From the IMG/VR virus record IMGVR_UViG_3300045988_074595: 54,117 nt of DNA. The stretch is one strand, 5' to 3'. The notes under the pieces were generated by a model. The model was not told the DNA's origin. It did not search any database and worked only from the letters and a program-made list of their open reading frames with translations. Shown here one piece after another: positions 1-9,648 of this stretch (the stretch's first letter is position 1; each line of letters opens with the position of its first letter). Source of the DNA: a virus. Position numbers and translations under genes: made by a program.

Positions 1-222
1 CAAAATAAGACTTCTACCCTTGAAAAACGTCTAACAACTTTGGAAGTTGTGAACGCAGAGCAAGAGAAGGTAATTAACAGTCATAATCGTCGCTTGGATA
101 AGCACGAGGAGGAACAAAAAATTACTCTTGCTTTAGTAGAACGAATTGATCACCTTTCTGGCGCAATCAGTGACTTAAAAGGCGATATTGTAGAAATTAA
201 GCAGGCAATGAAAGGAAAATAG
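1..222 (+). CDS. 3-prime part of a junction-spanning gene (ATG at 53973): N-terminal membrane anchor plus coiled-coil protein of the lysis cassette
   Basis: The frame of ORF 40..222 stays open back to base 1. Bases 1-55 equal 54063-54117, and the same frame runs from ATG 53973. The joined product is about 103 aa (MQETERELAGWLVTVILPIIVSCAGFYLSS..., then a heptad-rich charged tail). It lies directly upstream of the holin and endolysin. Confidence 0.6.
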   Translation, partial: QNKTSTLEKRLTTLEVVNAEQEKVINSHNRRLDKHEEEQKITLALVERIDHLSGAISDLKGDIVEIKQAMKGK

Positions 223-225
223 CAA

Positions 226-408
226 ATGAACAAATATTTTAAATCACTTGGAATTAAAGTAGCTAAAACAATGGCACAGGCAGCACTTGGTGTAATTGGA
301 TCATCTGTTCTTTTGTCAGATGTGGACTGGCGTGTAGTAGCATCTACTATTATTCTGTCAGGAATTACTTGTGTACTAATGAACATTTCTCAACTTAAGG
401 AGGACTAA
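226..408 (+). CDS. holin (small two-TM membrane protein)
   Basis: 60 aa with two hydrophobic helices (AQAALGVIGSSVLL; VVASTIILSGITCVLMNI) and a polar C-terminus. The stop codon is 1 nt before the endolysin ATG. Confidence 0.7.
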   Translation: MNKYFKSLGIKVAKTMAQAALGVIGSSVLLSDVDWRVVASTIILSGITCVLMNISQLKED

Positions 409-409
409 T

Positions 410-1261
410 ATGGGCGTATTAGGTCAGTGGTTTGTTAACCGCCGAGGTCTTATTACATATTCAATGAATGGATCTCGTAATGGTAGTGACGGGACTGGAG
501 ACTGTTCAGGAACTATTTCCCAAGCACTTATTGATAATGGTTATGCTATTAGTGGACTTCCATCTACAGTTACACTAGGAGCTCAACTTGCTCGTGTAGG
601 TTTTGTGCGTATTAGTCGCAATGAGGATTGGGACGCACAAGAAGACGATATTGTCCTTATGTCATGGGGAAGTGATATGTCTAGTTCCGGAGGAGCTGGA
701 GGACACGTTGGGGTTATGTTAGACTCCGTTAACTTTATTAGCTGTGACTTCTCTACACAAGGTGCAGTAGGTCAAGCTATTAACACTTATCCATGGGATA
801 GCTACTACACTTGGAACCGTCCTGCTTATATTGAGGTATGGCGTTACAATGGACAAGCTCCTGCTACTCCAGTACCTAACACAGAGGCAACTCCTACCCT
901 TACACGAATCCCAGACTCAAAAGCATATTACAAGGCAGATGATGTTCAGTATGTGAACGATATTTGGCAGATTAAATGTGACTATTTGTGTCCAGTTGGA
1001 TTTGATTGGACTGAAAACGGTATCCCTGTAGCAATGGTTAACTGGGTAGACGCAGATGGTAATGACCTGCCTGACGGTGAGGACAAAGACTTTAAACCGG
1101 GTATGTATTTCAGTTTTGACGGAGATGAAGTTCATGTCGTAGATACAGGTGACGGTGGATACTATGGTGGATATTACTTCCGTCAGTTCCAGTTTGGTCA
1201 GTACGGTAACATCTGGCTATCTACTTGGAATAAGGATGATTTAGTTAACTACTATGAATAG
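410..1261 (+). CDS. endolysin: N-terminal Amidase_5-type peptidoglycan hydrolase plus W/Y/G-rich C-terminal wall-binding region
   Basis: The N-terminus (YSMNGSRNGSDGTGDCSGTISQAL ... GGAGGHVGVM) resembles the Amidase_5 domain of phage lysins such as Pal of Dp-1 (recalled). The C-terminal 130 aa is aromatic-rich and shows no choline-binding repeats. Confidence 0.8.
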   Translation: MGVLGQWFVNRRGLITYSMNGSRNGSDGTGDCSGTISQALIDNGYAISGLPSTVTLGAQLARVGFVRISRNEDWDAQEDDIVLMSWGSDMSSSGGAGGHVGVMLDSVNFISCDFSTQGAVGQAINTYPWDSYYTWNRPAYIEVWRYNGQAPATPVPNTEATPTLTRIPDSKAYYKADDVQYVNDIWQIKCDYLCPVGFDWTENGIPVAMVNWVDADGNDLPDGEDKDFKPGMYFSFDGDEVHVVDTGDGGYYGGYYFRQFQFGQYGNIWLSTWNKDDLVNYYE

Positions 1262-1345
1262 ACTCTATACTACTAATATTGAATAATTTCTATTAGTTTA
1301 GTATACTTTAATTGTTCATTGTTTTATGGCAATACTTGGTAGGAC

Positions 1346-1381
1346 AGGATACAAGTTTCTTGGTTGCTTGTATCCTTTTCT
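1346..1381 (+). terminator. rho-independent terminator after the lysis cassette
   Basis: 10-bp perfect stem aggatacaag / cttgtatcct with an 11-nt loop, followed by ttttctt. Confidence 0.75.
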
Positions 1382-1442
1382 TATGCCTTAAAAACAATGA
1401 ATATTTTTTTTTGAAAAAAGTGAATAAATTTAGGTAAAACGG

Positions 1443-1471
1443 TAGACATTTAAAACGTATTACTATATAAT
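1443..1471 (+). promoter_or_regulatory. early sigma-A-type promoter, copy 1 of the conserved promoter/UTR cassette
   Basis: TAGACA, 17 nt, TATAAT, inside the conserved string cgtattactatataatata. The downstream UTR ends in aaggag..aaaacaATGAAC, as in the other copies. Confidence 0.7.
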
Positions 1472-1503
1472 ATAGTTGTAAATAAGTAAAGGAGCTAAAA
1501 ACA

Positions 1504-1893
1504 ATGAACAAAGTAAAAGAAATTTATGTAGGCATTTTGAAAGAAGAAGGGCAGTTCTATTATGTACCTGTCCTAGCGGAAAAACGAGCTAAAACTTTGA
1601 AATTGATGCAGGACGAAGGAATTTTGTTAGGTCACAAAGGTATGACTCTTAGCCTCAACAACCTTGCTCAGGAAGCTAGCCGTTTTGGTGTACTAGGTGA
1701 CACAGTTTGCATCTCACTTGAAGATGACGAAATTCTAGTACGTTCGAACATTCTTGAACAACTAACAAACCGTCAGCACGCTCTACAACTTAAAATAAAG
1801 AAAATTTTATTGGCAAGAGGAAGAGTTAGTAATCGTCGTAAATCACAACTAGCACAGTTGAACAAACAAATTGACACAATTCTTTCAAAATAA
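1504..1893 (+). CDS. hypothetical early protein
   Basis: First ORF after early promoter copy 1. AAGGAG RBS; no recognisable motif. Confidence 0.7.
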   Translation: MNKVKEIYVGILKEEGQFYYVPVLAEKRAKTLKLMQDEGILLGHKGMTLSLNNLAQEASRFGVLGDTVCISLEDDEILVRSNILEQLTNRQHALQLKIKKILLARGRVSNRRKSQLAQLNKQIDTILSK

Positions 1894-1916
1894 TAACTAA
1901 ATAAGGAGACTGAACA

Positions 1917-2582
1917 ATGGCAGAACTAAAACAAGGAACTAAGGTAACAAATACTCGAAACGGTAACGAGTTTACCGTTAGAGGATTTTGGGAAGGTAAA
2001 TATACACTTAAGGATGTAGTTACAGGAGATACTAAAACGGTAGCTGAAGGAACACTAAAACGTTGGTACAAGGTAACTGAGGAACCTGTCACTGAAAAAG
2101 TGGAGGTTCCTAAACCTACCCCTGTAGCAGGTCCTAAAGTACGCAAAGTTCGTACAGTTAAACGTCCGGCAGTTGTCAAACACACTATTGAGGAAGAAGG
2201 TAGCGTGGAAGAAGTAGGTATTAAAGAAGTTACCACTAAACGAAAAGGCACTCCTAAGAGTGACCACGTCCTTTCAATTACAAAGGAACTTGAAAAACGT
2301 ATTAGTGAAGCTTATCCATCAAGTCGCCGAGGCGTGACAACTCAATTTATTAAGTACAGTCATAAATACAACTTTGTTAAGATTTTCCAAGGTAAAACTC
2401 GTTTGCGTATTAACGTACTTACACGAGGCATGGATCCTGAAACTAAGAAGAAGTTAGATCGTATTGTTCCTGCATCTTATGGATGGCCTATTGACGGTTT
2501 CTACAACATTAACAAGATGGAAGACTTAGATACTGCGATGGAACTTATTCACTTCTCACACGCAGCAGCTAAACAGGGATGA
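1917..2582 (+). CDS. hypothetical early protein (K/P/V-rich linker; C-terminal domain weakly reminiscent of DUF5655)
   Basis: AAGGAG RBS 7 nt upstream, 221 aa. The domain guess is from memory only. Confidence 0.6.
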   Translation: MAELKQGTKVTNTRNGNEFTVRGFWEGKYTLKDVVTGDTKTVAEGTLKRWYKVTEEPVTEKVEVPKPTPVAGPKVRKVRTVKRPAVVKHTIEEEGSVEEVGIKEVTTKRKGTPKSDHVLSITKELEKRISEAYPSSRRGVTTQFIKYSHKYNFVKIFQGKTRLRINVLTRGMDPETKKKLDRIVPASYGWPIDGFYNINKMEDLDTAMELIHFSHAAAKQG

Positions 2583-2585
2583 TAT

Positions 2586-4280
2586 ATGATTAAGATTGAG
2601 ATTGCAAAATCTCGGCTACATAAAAAAGGAAATAGTGCTTATATTACCATCCCAAAGGACACGGAAGACGAGGAACTATTATCCTCCCAACTAAGCACTC
2701 TTCCTAAAATAGTAGAACGAGGTTTTAATAAGTTTGAGGTTCCTAGCAGGTACCTTTTAGAGTTACTGGATGTTCTGTCTTATTGGGATGTTGAAATTAG
2801 TGGTAAGTTACCAAAGGACATTAAGGATTATATTAATTCGAAAAATAAACTGCAAACTAATATTGATTCTAGTTTTACTTTCAAAACACAGCCATTCGAA
2901 CACCAATTAGATTGTTTTAACTACGCACAGGAACATCCTAGTTTTCTACTAGGGGACGAGCAAGGATTGGGTAAGACTAAACAGGCAATTGATATTGCTG
3001 TAAGTAGAAAAGGGCAGTTTGAACATTGTCTTATTGTTTGTTGTGTAAGTGGGCTTAAATGGAATTGGGCTAAAGAGGTGGAAGTTCATTCAAACGAATC
3101 TGCTCACATTTTAGGATGTCGTGTAACTAGAACTGATTCAGTTGTAATTGATTCAGTTAGTAAACGAACAGAAGACTTACTAGCAGGACATAGTGAGTAC
3201 TTCTTAATTACTAACATTGAAACACTACGAGACAAGTCCTTTGCGGCAAGTGTTAAGGAACTTACACTAAATGGAACTATAGGGATGGTAGTGGTGGACG
3301 AGATCCATAAATGTAAAAACCCATCTAGTCAGTTAGGTAAGGCTTTGCACAATTTGAAAAGTCACTATAAACTAGCTTTGACTGGAACACCCCTACTTAA
3401 TACTCCAGTAGATACTTATAATGTACTTAAGTGGTTAGGAGTCGAAAATCATTCATTTAGTGCTTTTAAGGCTCGTTATTGTGTGTTAGATAACTTTGGA
3501 CAAGTTACTGGGTACCGGCATTTAAGTGAACTAAAAGATTTAGTGAACAATAATATGCTAAGACGTACTAAGGAACAGGTACTGGACTTGCCTCCAAAGA
3601 TAAGATCAACTGAATATGTAGACATGAACACTAATCAGCGTAAGATTTACAACGAAGTTAGGACTCAACTAATTGAGGATATTGACAAGGTAATGCTAAG
3701 TAGTAACCCACTAGCCGAAACAATTAGGTTAAGGCAGACTACAGGCAACCCAAACATCCTGACAAGTAAGTCAGTTAAGTCTGCTAAGTATGAACGAGCG
3801 TTGGAACTTATAGACGAACTAGCAGAGGATGGTAAGTCCGTTATTGTTTTCAGTAATTGGGAACATGTAGTTACTCCTTTTTACGATTTGTGCAAAGCTC
3901 GTCTTCCTACATTTTTAGTGACAGGTGAGACGAAAGACAAATTTGAAGAAATAGAAAGGTTTTTAAGTAGTAAAGGTCCATCTGTAATTTGTGGTACTAT
4001 TGGAGCATTGGGTACAGGATTTACACTAACTAAAGCCACTACGGTAATATTTTTAGACAGTCCTTGGACTAGAGGGGAAAAGGATCAAGCAGAAGATAGA
4101 GCACACCGCATTGGAGCTAAATCAACTGTAAATATTATTACCTTAGTTTGTAAAGATACAGTAGACGAAACAATTGAGGACATTGTTGCAAGTAAAGGGG
4201 AACTTGCAGACTATATTGTAGACGGTGTGCCTTTGAAAAATAAACTGTCTACAGTAATGGACTTACTGCTTAAAAGGTAA
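2586..4280 (+). CDS. SNF2/RAD54-family helicase (DEAD-like N lobe plus helicase C lobe)
   Basis: Motif I LGDEQGLGKTKQAI, motif II VVVDEIHKCKN, LTGTPLLN, motif VI QAEDRAHRIGA. Confidence 0.9.
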   Translation: MIKIEIAKSRLHKKGNSAYITIPKDTEDEELLSSQLSTLPKIVERGFNKFEVPSRYLLELLDVLSYWDVEISGKLPKDIKDYINSKNKLQTNIDSSFTFKTQPFEHQLDCFNYAQEHPSFLLGDEQGLGKTKQAIDIAVSRKGQFEHCLIVCCVSGLKWNWAKEVEVHSNESAHILGCRVTRTDSVVIDSVSKRTEDLLAGHSEYFLITNIETLRDKSFAASVKELTLNGTIGMVVVDEIHKCKNPSSQLGKALHNLKSHYKLALTGTPLLNTPVDTYNVLKWLGVENHSFSAFKARYCVLDNFGQVTGYRHLSELKDLVNNNMLRRTKEQVLDLPPKIRSTEYVDMNTNQRKIYNEVRTQLIEDIDKVMLSSNPLAETIRLRQTTGNPNILTSKSVKSAKYERALELIDELAEDGKSVIVFSNWEHVVTPFYDLCKARLPTFLVTGETKDKFEEIERFLSSKGPSVICGTIGALGTGFTLTKATTVIFLDSPWTRGEKDQAEDRAHRIGAKSTVNIITLVCKDTVDETIEDIVASKGELADYIVDGVPLKNKLSTVMDLLLKR

Positions 4281-4287
4281 TTACTAG

Positions 4288-4536
4288 GTGCATACATTAA
4301 GCAAACTGTCCAGGACTAGACTGGACGTTAAAAGGAAGTTGGAGGGACCTCTTCCTAAAACCCCTTTGGATCACTGCACTATGCTTGCGTACTTAACCAC
4401 TTCTTATACTAATAAGGAGCTGGGGCAATTACTGAACATTAGTGAGTCTACAGTGATTCGAATGTTAAGATATGATAAACTTCCTACTAAGGAACAATGT
4501 TTAAAAATAAGGAGACTTTTAGATGAAAGAGATTAA
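4288..4536 (+). CDS. small helix-turn-helix DNA-binding protein
   Basis: GTG start, 82 aa. HTH-like segment NKELGQLLNISESTVIRMLRY. Confidence 0.55.
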   Translation: MHTLSKLSRTRLDVKRKLEGPLPKTPLDHCTMLAYLTTSYTNKELGQLLNISESTVIRMLRYDKLPTKEQCLKIRRLLDERD

Positions 4537-4918
4537 CGGTATTAAATATTACCGCGTATCTGAGGTTTGTAAAATGGTAGAGCGTAGTCATACTACCATT
4601 ACTCGTGTTTGGTACGGAGCTGAGGAGTACGCAAAGGAACATAATATTCACTTTCCGTTCGTACTACCTACGTATCGTACAGATTTGGATAAGAAGGGAT
4701 CTCGCTATTGGAGTGAGGAAGGTGTTCAAAAACTTATTCAGTTTAGGGACAGAATCCTTCCAGGAGATTTAGCTTTTTACAATAGGGAGTATATGTGGGG
4801 AGAACGTAATAAAATTTTGAAAGACAAGCAGGATTTCAAAAAAGAACTCAGTGAAGAAATTGGGGAAGATGTAAATGAACTACTAAGGAAGGAACCTAAT
4901 AACAATGACAGTAATTAA
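4523..4918 (+). CDS. MerR/excisionase-like HTH protein
   Basis: N-terminal YYRVSEVCKMVERSHTTITRVW is typical of MerR-type HTH. AGGAG RBS; overlaps the upstream gene by 14 nt. Confidence 0.6.
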   Translation: MKEINGIKYYRVSEVCKMVERSHTTITRVWYGAEEYAKEHNIHFPFVLPTYRTDLDKKGSRYWSEEGVQKLIQFRDRILPGDLAFYNREYMWGERNKILKDKQDFKKELSEEIGEDVNELLRKEPNNNDSN

Positions 4919-5336
4919 AACAGAAGAACAATTTTTGGAACTTGTAGAAGTAGCAGCTGAACATAACTTGGAAGCTAACACACTATCTAAAACGGTCAAA
5001 GAAGAGAAAAACAACCTTAAAGAGTATATGTTAGCGGAAGACATTGAAAGTGCAGAAGTCGGTGGGTGGAGTATTTCATGTTCACCTTCTGTCAAAACAA
5101 GTATGGACGAGTCAAAAACAATCCCTATCGTTCAGTCCCTTATTGACAATGCTAAAGGTAGCGAAAAGGAAGCTTTTCAAAATCTACTTGTAATGAAGCC
5201 TACTATTAACGAAGACTTACTAGAGGACCTTATTTACGAAGGCAAAATTGATAAGGATTTGTTTAAAGAAGCTGTAATTGAGACTACATCTTACACCCTA
5301 CGCTTTAAAAAGGCTAAAAAGCGTAAAAAATCGTAA
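4905..5336 (+). CDS. hypothetical protein (weak resemblance to siphovirus Gp157-like proteins)
   Basis: 143 aa, coiled-coil N-terminus, basic KKAKKRKKS tail. The family guess is low confidence. Confidence 0.55.
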   Translation: MTVIKTEEQFLELVEVAAEHNLEANTLSKTVKEEKNNLKEYMLAEDIESAEVGGWSISCSPSVKTSMDESKTIPIVQSLIDNAKGSEKEAFQNLLVMKPTINEDLLEDLIYEGKIDKDLFKEAVIETTSYTLRFKKAKKRKKS

Positions 5337-5398
5337 TATTTGCGGCTTATTTTAAAGAGTAGGAGTAAGTTAGGGTAAATATACTAGGAGCGTAAAAC

Positions 5399-5881
5399 AT
5401 GAGCAGACAGAGGCTAACAGGTACGGATAACGACGTGTCTAAGACCAAGTTAAATTTTAAACAATTTAAAGGCATTAAGGGACTGTTTGGGACTACTATG
5501 TCCAAACTACCTAAACGGGATCAGTCTTATATTCACGTATCTAAGCAAATACAGAACTTAAGACTAGGCAAAGATTTTGAAGAAATTAGTTTGAAAGATC
5601 TTGCCTATTTCTTTATCGTTCAATTCGAATATGTTTTCGAACAAAGTTGCTTGGACTATAATTGGTTTAACTTTCAAAACACAATTAAACGAATACAGGA
5701 TTATGAACATTTTGAAAATAATGTTCAGTTAGCTAATTTTCTGTATGAAAGTATTCAAATCAGTTATGGAAAAATATACACTGATATTCCATGTCCATTA
5801 ACTTTGTCGACTTTCAAAAGAGCTTGGCTATTAGATATGCTTTTAGGCAAAAATAAACCAAAATTTTCGGGATTTTACTGA
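5399..5881 (+). CDS. hypothetical protein adjacent to the candidate origin (possible replication initiator)
   Basis: 160 aa, RBS aggag. The functional suggestion rests on position only. Confidence 0.5.
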   Translation: MSRQRLTGTDNDVSKTKLNFKQFKGIKGLFGTTMSKLPKRDQSYIHVSKQIQNLRLGKDFEEISLKDLAYFFIVQFEYVFEQSCLDYNWFNFQNTIKRIQDYEHFENNVQLANFLYESIQISYGKIYTDIPCPLTLSTFKRAWLLDMLLGKNKPKFSGFY

Positions 5882-6118
5882 TTTTAGGCAAAAAGTATAG
5901 ACTAGTTTTAGGTTTTTTTATGAACAAGTATATTTTTTCGCTTAAACAGGTGTATATCTAGTAAAAAAGACTTTTTACAAGTCATTTTTACAGCAGCTTA
6001 TAGCTGCTTAGCAAACTAGATATTTAGCTCCCCATCGGTCTATATATACAGACATTTATACATAGACAAATAACTAAATAAATAACTAAATGTAAAAATA
6101 AAAAACGAGGACTGAACA
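5882..6118. other. AT-rich repeat-dense intergenic region, candidate origin of replication
   Basis: ttttaggcaaaaa occurs twice (5843, 5883). There is an inverted repeat atatctag/ctagatat, a hairpin agcagct-tat-agctgct, the pair tatacagaca/tatacatagaca, and a 12-mer tandem. It lies between a hypothetical gene and the helicase-loader gene. Confidence 0.4.
6068..6091 (+). repeat. perfect tandem duplication of the 12-mer aaataactaaat
   Basis: Read directly: 6068-6079 equals 6080-6091. Confidence 0.95.
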
Positions 6119-6790
6119 ATGAACAATATTAGTTCTAAAACGGCTAATAATATTTGGAACAAAAAAGTTCATCAATTATTAGTTGAATCTGGGGTACCTA
6201 AAAAATATTATGTACCTCAAAAATTAGTTCGAAGGCAAGTTGATAAACAATTATGGGACTTTTTAGAGGAGTACCGTAACGATGTAGTGAATAAAGTTCA
6301 TAACGGAAATAATTTAGTCATTACTAGTCCTATTGTAGGTAATGGGAAAACTAGTTGGGCAATTAGGTTGTTACAGAGGTATATAGCTGAAACGGCACTT
6401 GACGGTGATTTAGGGGATAAGGGCGTGTTTTGTGTTTGCTCCAATATGTTAGAAATCTTTGGCGACTTTGGCTATTTTGAAACAAGTATTGAATTTTTTG
6501 ATTATCTTAATCGCCTAAAGAATTGTAAGCTATTAGTAATTGACGAAATTGGGTCAGGCAGAATTACTCCTGTATCCTATAACCATTTTTACGATTTAAT
6601 TAACTATAGGGTAGATAATGGACTTACTACTATCTACACTACTAATTATAGGGACGAACGTATTCAGGAAGTTTTAGGAGAACGATTGTATAGCCGTATC
6701 TATCACACCGCGACTGTACTAGAGTTTAGGGCTGACAATGTACGTGGTTACAGTTATGAGGAGGTGGAAAACTTTGAACGTAGAGGATAA
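6119..6790 (+). CDS. DnaC/IstB-like AAA+ ATPase (putative helicase loader)
   Basis: Walker A GNGKTSWA, Walker B LLVIDEIG. Sits upstream of the DnaB-like helicase. Confidence 0.75.
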   Translation: MNNISSKTANNIWNKKVHQLLVESGVPKKYYVPQKLVRRQVDKQLWDFLEEYRNDVVNKVHNGNNLVITSPIVGNGKTSWAIRLLQRYIAETALDGDLGDKGVFCVCSNMLEIFGDFGYFETSIEFFDYLNRLKNCKLLVIDEIGSGRITPVSYNHFYDLINYRVDNGLTTIYTTNYRDERIQEVLGERLYSRIYHTATVLEFRADNVRGYSYEEVENFERRG

Positions 6791-7013
6791 GGTAATTATT
6801 TTAGATAAAAATAAAGTGCCTATGATTTACAGAAATGTACGAGGTGAGGTTGTTAAATGTTGTATGATTACGCCTATCTCTTCTGTAACTGTAAACGATA
6901 GGATGCTACTTACTAAGCACGAGGTAATGCAGTACGATGTTAGACTGCTACAATTTGCATATTATTTAGAAAGGAAGACTCCGTATGAGTACACCCTCAA
7001 AAAAGCGTTTTAA
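6738..7013 (+). CDS. hypothetical protein
   Basis: ORF overlaps the loader gene. The more likely start is in-frame TTG 6774, 9 nt after GAGGAGG (6758-6764). Confidence 0.5.
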   Translation: MYVVTVMRRWKTLNVEDKVIILDKNKVPMIYRNVRGEVVKCCMITPISSVTVNDRMLLTKHEVMQYDVRLLQFAYYLERKTPYEYTLKKAF

Positions 7014-7290
7014 TTGCTCCGTATTTAACGCAATTTGTAAAGCTAGTGTATTTATACTACTAGGCACAGTTATCGGCATAAATGCGGCAGATATCCACGT
7101 TAAAACGGATTACAGAGCGGAGCTGGAGGACATAAAGGCAAAGTATAAAGATGCTTACTACATTACAGTTGATGATAGTGGAGCTTGGCTAGGAGATGCT
7201 CCTGGACATAAATTTCAGCCTTTATACGACCAGTACGGACAACGCATAGGAGCAAAGTTAAACAATGATACAGCTACAAGTTCTAAATAA
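6985..7290 (+). CDS. small membrane-anchored protein
   Basis: 101 aa with one N-terminal TM segment (ASVFILLGTVIGINAA). Confidence 0.55.
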   Translation: MSTPSKKRFNCSVFNAICKASVFILLGTVIGINAADIHVKTDYRAELEDIKAKYKDAYYITVDDSGAWLGDAPGHKFQPLYDQYGQRIGAKLNNDTATSSK

Positions 7291-8590
7291 AGTACTACAG
7301 GACAAGAGCATGTCCTTATTAGCAAATAACGGCATTACAAGTGATTATTTTACAGATTATTTGCCGGAGTATGAGTTTATTGCTAATCATAATAGTACTT
7401 ACGGAAATGTCCCAGACGAAGAGACTGTTCTTGAACATTTTCCCGAATTTGAGTTATTGAACATTTTAGAGACTGACGCATATCTTGTAGATAAGATTAG
7501 GGAAGAACATCTTTATAACGAGATGGTTCCTATTCTCAGCCAAGCTGCCGAGGATATGCAGACTGACTCTAGTATAGCAGTAACTAACATATTGCCCAAA
7601 CTTGAAAAACTTATACAGGAGTCTAAGTTTGTCGGAGGTGTGGACATTGCTAAAAATGCGTATGACCGTTTTAATTGGGCAATGGACATAGCGGACAAGT
7701 CTGGTGAGTTACTAGGCATACCTACCGGGTTTGAACTATTAGACGATGTAATGGGAGGACTTTTGCCTGGAGAGGATCTTGTCGTCATTGTAGGTCGTCC
7801 TGGGCAAGGTAAGTCGTGGACTTTGGATAAGATGATGGCTAACGCATGGAGCTTGGGTAAGTCGGTACTTATGTACTCAGGTGAAATGAGTGAAATGCAA
7901 GTTGGATCCCGTATTGATACCCTTATTGCTAATGTAAACATTAACAGTATTACAAAGGGTGTTTGGACGGATAAAGAAATTAAGAAGTACGAAGACCATG
8001 TAGACTTAATGAACGATTCTAATACTCCTTTAGTCGTAGTTACTCCACCAATGATTGGAGGACGTAATATGACTCCTGCTATGTTAGATAGTATGATTCA
8101 AAAATACAAGCCGGATATTGTAGGTGTTGACCAGCTGTCCCTAATGGCAGAGTCTATTCCATCTCGCGAACCTAAACGTATTCAGTACGCTAACATTACT
8201 ATGGACTTGTATAAGTTATCTACTAAGTACGGCATCCCTATTGTGCTTAACGTACAGGCAGGACGTGGAGCAAAAGATCCTGGCAATGATGTTATCCAAC
8301 TAGAACATATCGCAGAATCTGACAGCGTGGGTCAAAATGCTAGTCGTGTAATTACAATGGTTAGGGACGAGAGTAATGGTATTTTGCGATTAAGTCTTGT
8401 TAAAAATCGTTATGGGGAAGATAACAAGACTATTGAATATATGTGGGATGTAAGTACAGGTGAATATACTGTAATTGGGTTTAAGGAAGACACGGACAGT
8501 GATGAAGAAAGTCCAGTCGCCTTAAAAGCACGACAGTCTACTCGTCGTCTACAAAACGCAGTAAGTAGGGAAGGAGTTGAGGCATTTTGA
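7265..8590 (+). CDS. dnaB: DnaB-family replicative DNA helicase
   Basis: Walker A GRPGQGKSW, VGVDQLSLM, and a RecA-like C-terminal domain. 441 aa. Confidence 0.9.
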   Translation: MIQLQVLNKVLQDKSMSLLANNGITSDYFTDYLPEYEFIANHNSTYGNVPDEETVLEHFPEFELLNILETDAYLVDKIREEHLYNEMVPILSQAAEDMQTDSSIAVTNILPKLEKLIQESKFVGGVDIAKNAYDRFNWAMDIADKSGELLGIPTGFELLDDVMGGLLPGEDLVVIVGRPGQGKSWTLDKMMANAWSLGKSVLMYSGEMSEMQVGSRIDTLIANVNINSITKGVWTDKEIKKYEDHVDLMNDSNTPLVVVTPPMIGGRNMTPAMLDSMIQKYKPDIVGVDQLSLMAESIPSREPKRIQYANITMDLYKLSTKYGIPIVLNVQAGRGAKDPGNDVIQLEHIAESDSVGQNASRVITMVRDESNGILRLSLVKNRYGEDNKTIEYMWDVSTGEYTVIGFKEDTDSDEESPVALKARQSTRRLQNAVSREGVEAF

Positions 8591-9591
8591 AAGTTAACGA
8601 CTTAATGATAAATGCTTCTTGTGAAGATATAATTAGGGAACTTACTATAGAACTAGAGCAGGACTATAATAAGTTCCTATTTAGACGCACAAAAAGCCTT
8701 GGAGCAAATATGCAGTTCTCTTGTCCGTTCCACGCTGGAGGAACTGAACGTCACCCTTCTTGCGGTATGAGCAGGGATGTTCAGTATTCTGCCGGCAAAG
8801 TAATTGAGGCAGGAACAGTTCACTGTTTTACTTGTGGGTATACTGCTCCACTGAATGAATTTATTAGTGACGTGTTTGGACGTAAGGACGGAGGTTTTTA
8901 CGGCAATCAGTGGCTGAAAAGACGTTTTGTGTCCAGTACTGAACAAGTTCGTCCTAAACTAGATTTAGGTTTTTCAAAAACTACCCAAAAGACTGAATAT
9001 AATTATGTTAGTGAAGAAGAGCTAGATAAGTACAGATGGATTCACTCATATATGTACCAACGTAAGCTAACTGACGAGATTATCGAAATGTTCGATATTG
9101 GATATGATAAGTTAAATGACTGCATCACTATGCCTGTAAGGGATATGCAAGGTAGGACAGTATTTTTCAATAAACGTAGTACAGGTAAGAAGTTCCACCA
9201 CTATGCAGAAAGTGACCCTAAAACGGACTTCCTTTACGGAGCTTACGAACTGAACAAATATAGGGACTATTTTAGTGACTTAAGCAAAGTCTACATAACA
9301 GAGTCCGCTATTAACTGTTTAACATTGTGGACATTAGGTATCCCTGCTGTTGCTTTAATGGGAGTAGGTGGAGGCAACCAGTTCAATCTTATTAAGCAAC
9401 TACCTTATCGAACTATTGTTTTAGCATTGGACCCTGACAACGCAGGAGCTATGGCTGCCCAAAAAATTCAACGTAGACTAAAAAATTCGAAAGTAGTTTA
9501 CTTCCTTAATTACCCACAAGAGTGTTGGGATAACAAGTGGGACATAAATGATTGCCCAGAATTGATAGATTTTGAAGATTTGGTATTGTAA
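8587..9591 (+). CDS. DNA primase (zinc-finger plus TOPRIM)
   Basis: Zinc motif CPFH...HPSC...CFTCG. TOPRIM-like ITESAINCL ... ALDPDNAG. TTG start overlaps the helicase stop. Confidence 0.85.
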   Translation: MKVNDLMINASCEDIIRELTIELEQDYNKFLFRRTKSLGANMQFSCPFHAGGTERHPSCGMSRDVQYSAGKVIEAGTVHCFTCGYTAPLNEFISDVFGRKDGGFYGNQWLKRRFVSSTEQVRPKLDLGFSKTTQKTEYNYVSEEELDKYRWIHSYMYQRKLTDEIIEMFDIGYDKLNDCITMPVRDMQGRTVFFNKRSTGKKFHHYAESDPKTDFLYGAYELNKYRDYFSDLSKVYITESAINCLTLWTLGIPAVALMGVGGGNQFNLIKQLPYRTIVLALDPDNAGAMAAQKIQRRLKNSKVVYFLNYPQECWDNKWDINDCPELIDFEDLVL

Positions 9592-9614
9592 TTTAATCTA
9601 TATTACTATATAAT
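9586..9614 (+). promoter_or_regulatory. early sigma-A-type promoter, copy 2 of the cassette, driving the sigma-factor gene
   Basis: TTGTAA, 17 nt, TATAAT within tattactatataata. The UTR ends in aaggagaactaaaataATGAAC. Confidence 0.65.
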
Positions 9615-9648
9615 AGAGTTGTAAACAAAACCAAGGAGAACTAAAATA

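Noticed and set aside
1308-1511. 67-aa minus-strand ORF
   Set aside because: It covers a terminator, A/T runs and an early promoter. It is low-complexity with no RBS.
7513-7941. 142-aa minus-strand ORF inside the DnaB gene (likewise 150..386, 917..1135, 1826..2251, 8677..8946, 16913..17215, 24128..24457, 40146..40361, 44304..44567, 46997..47332, 47351..47679)
   Set aside because: All are embedded antisense in well-supported + strand genes, with no RBS and no motifs.
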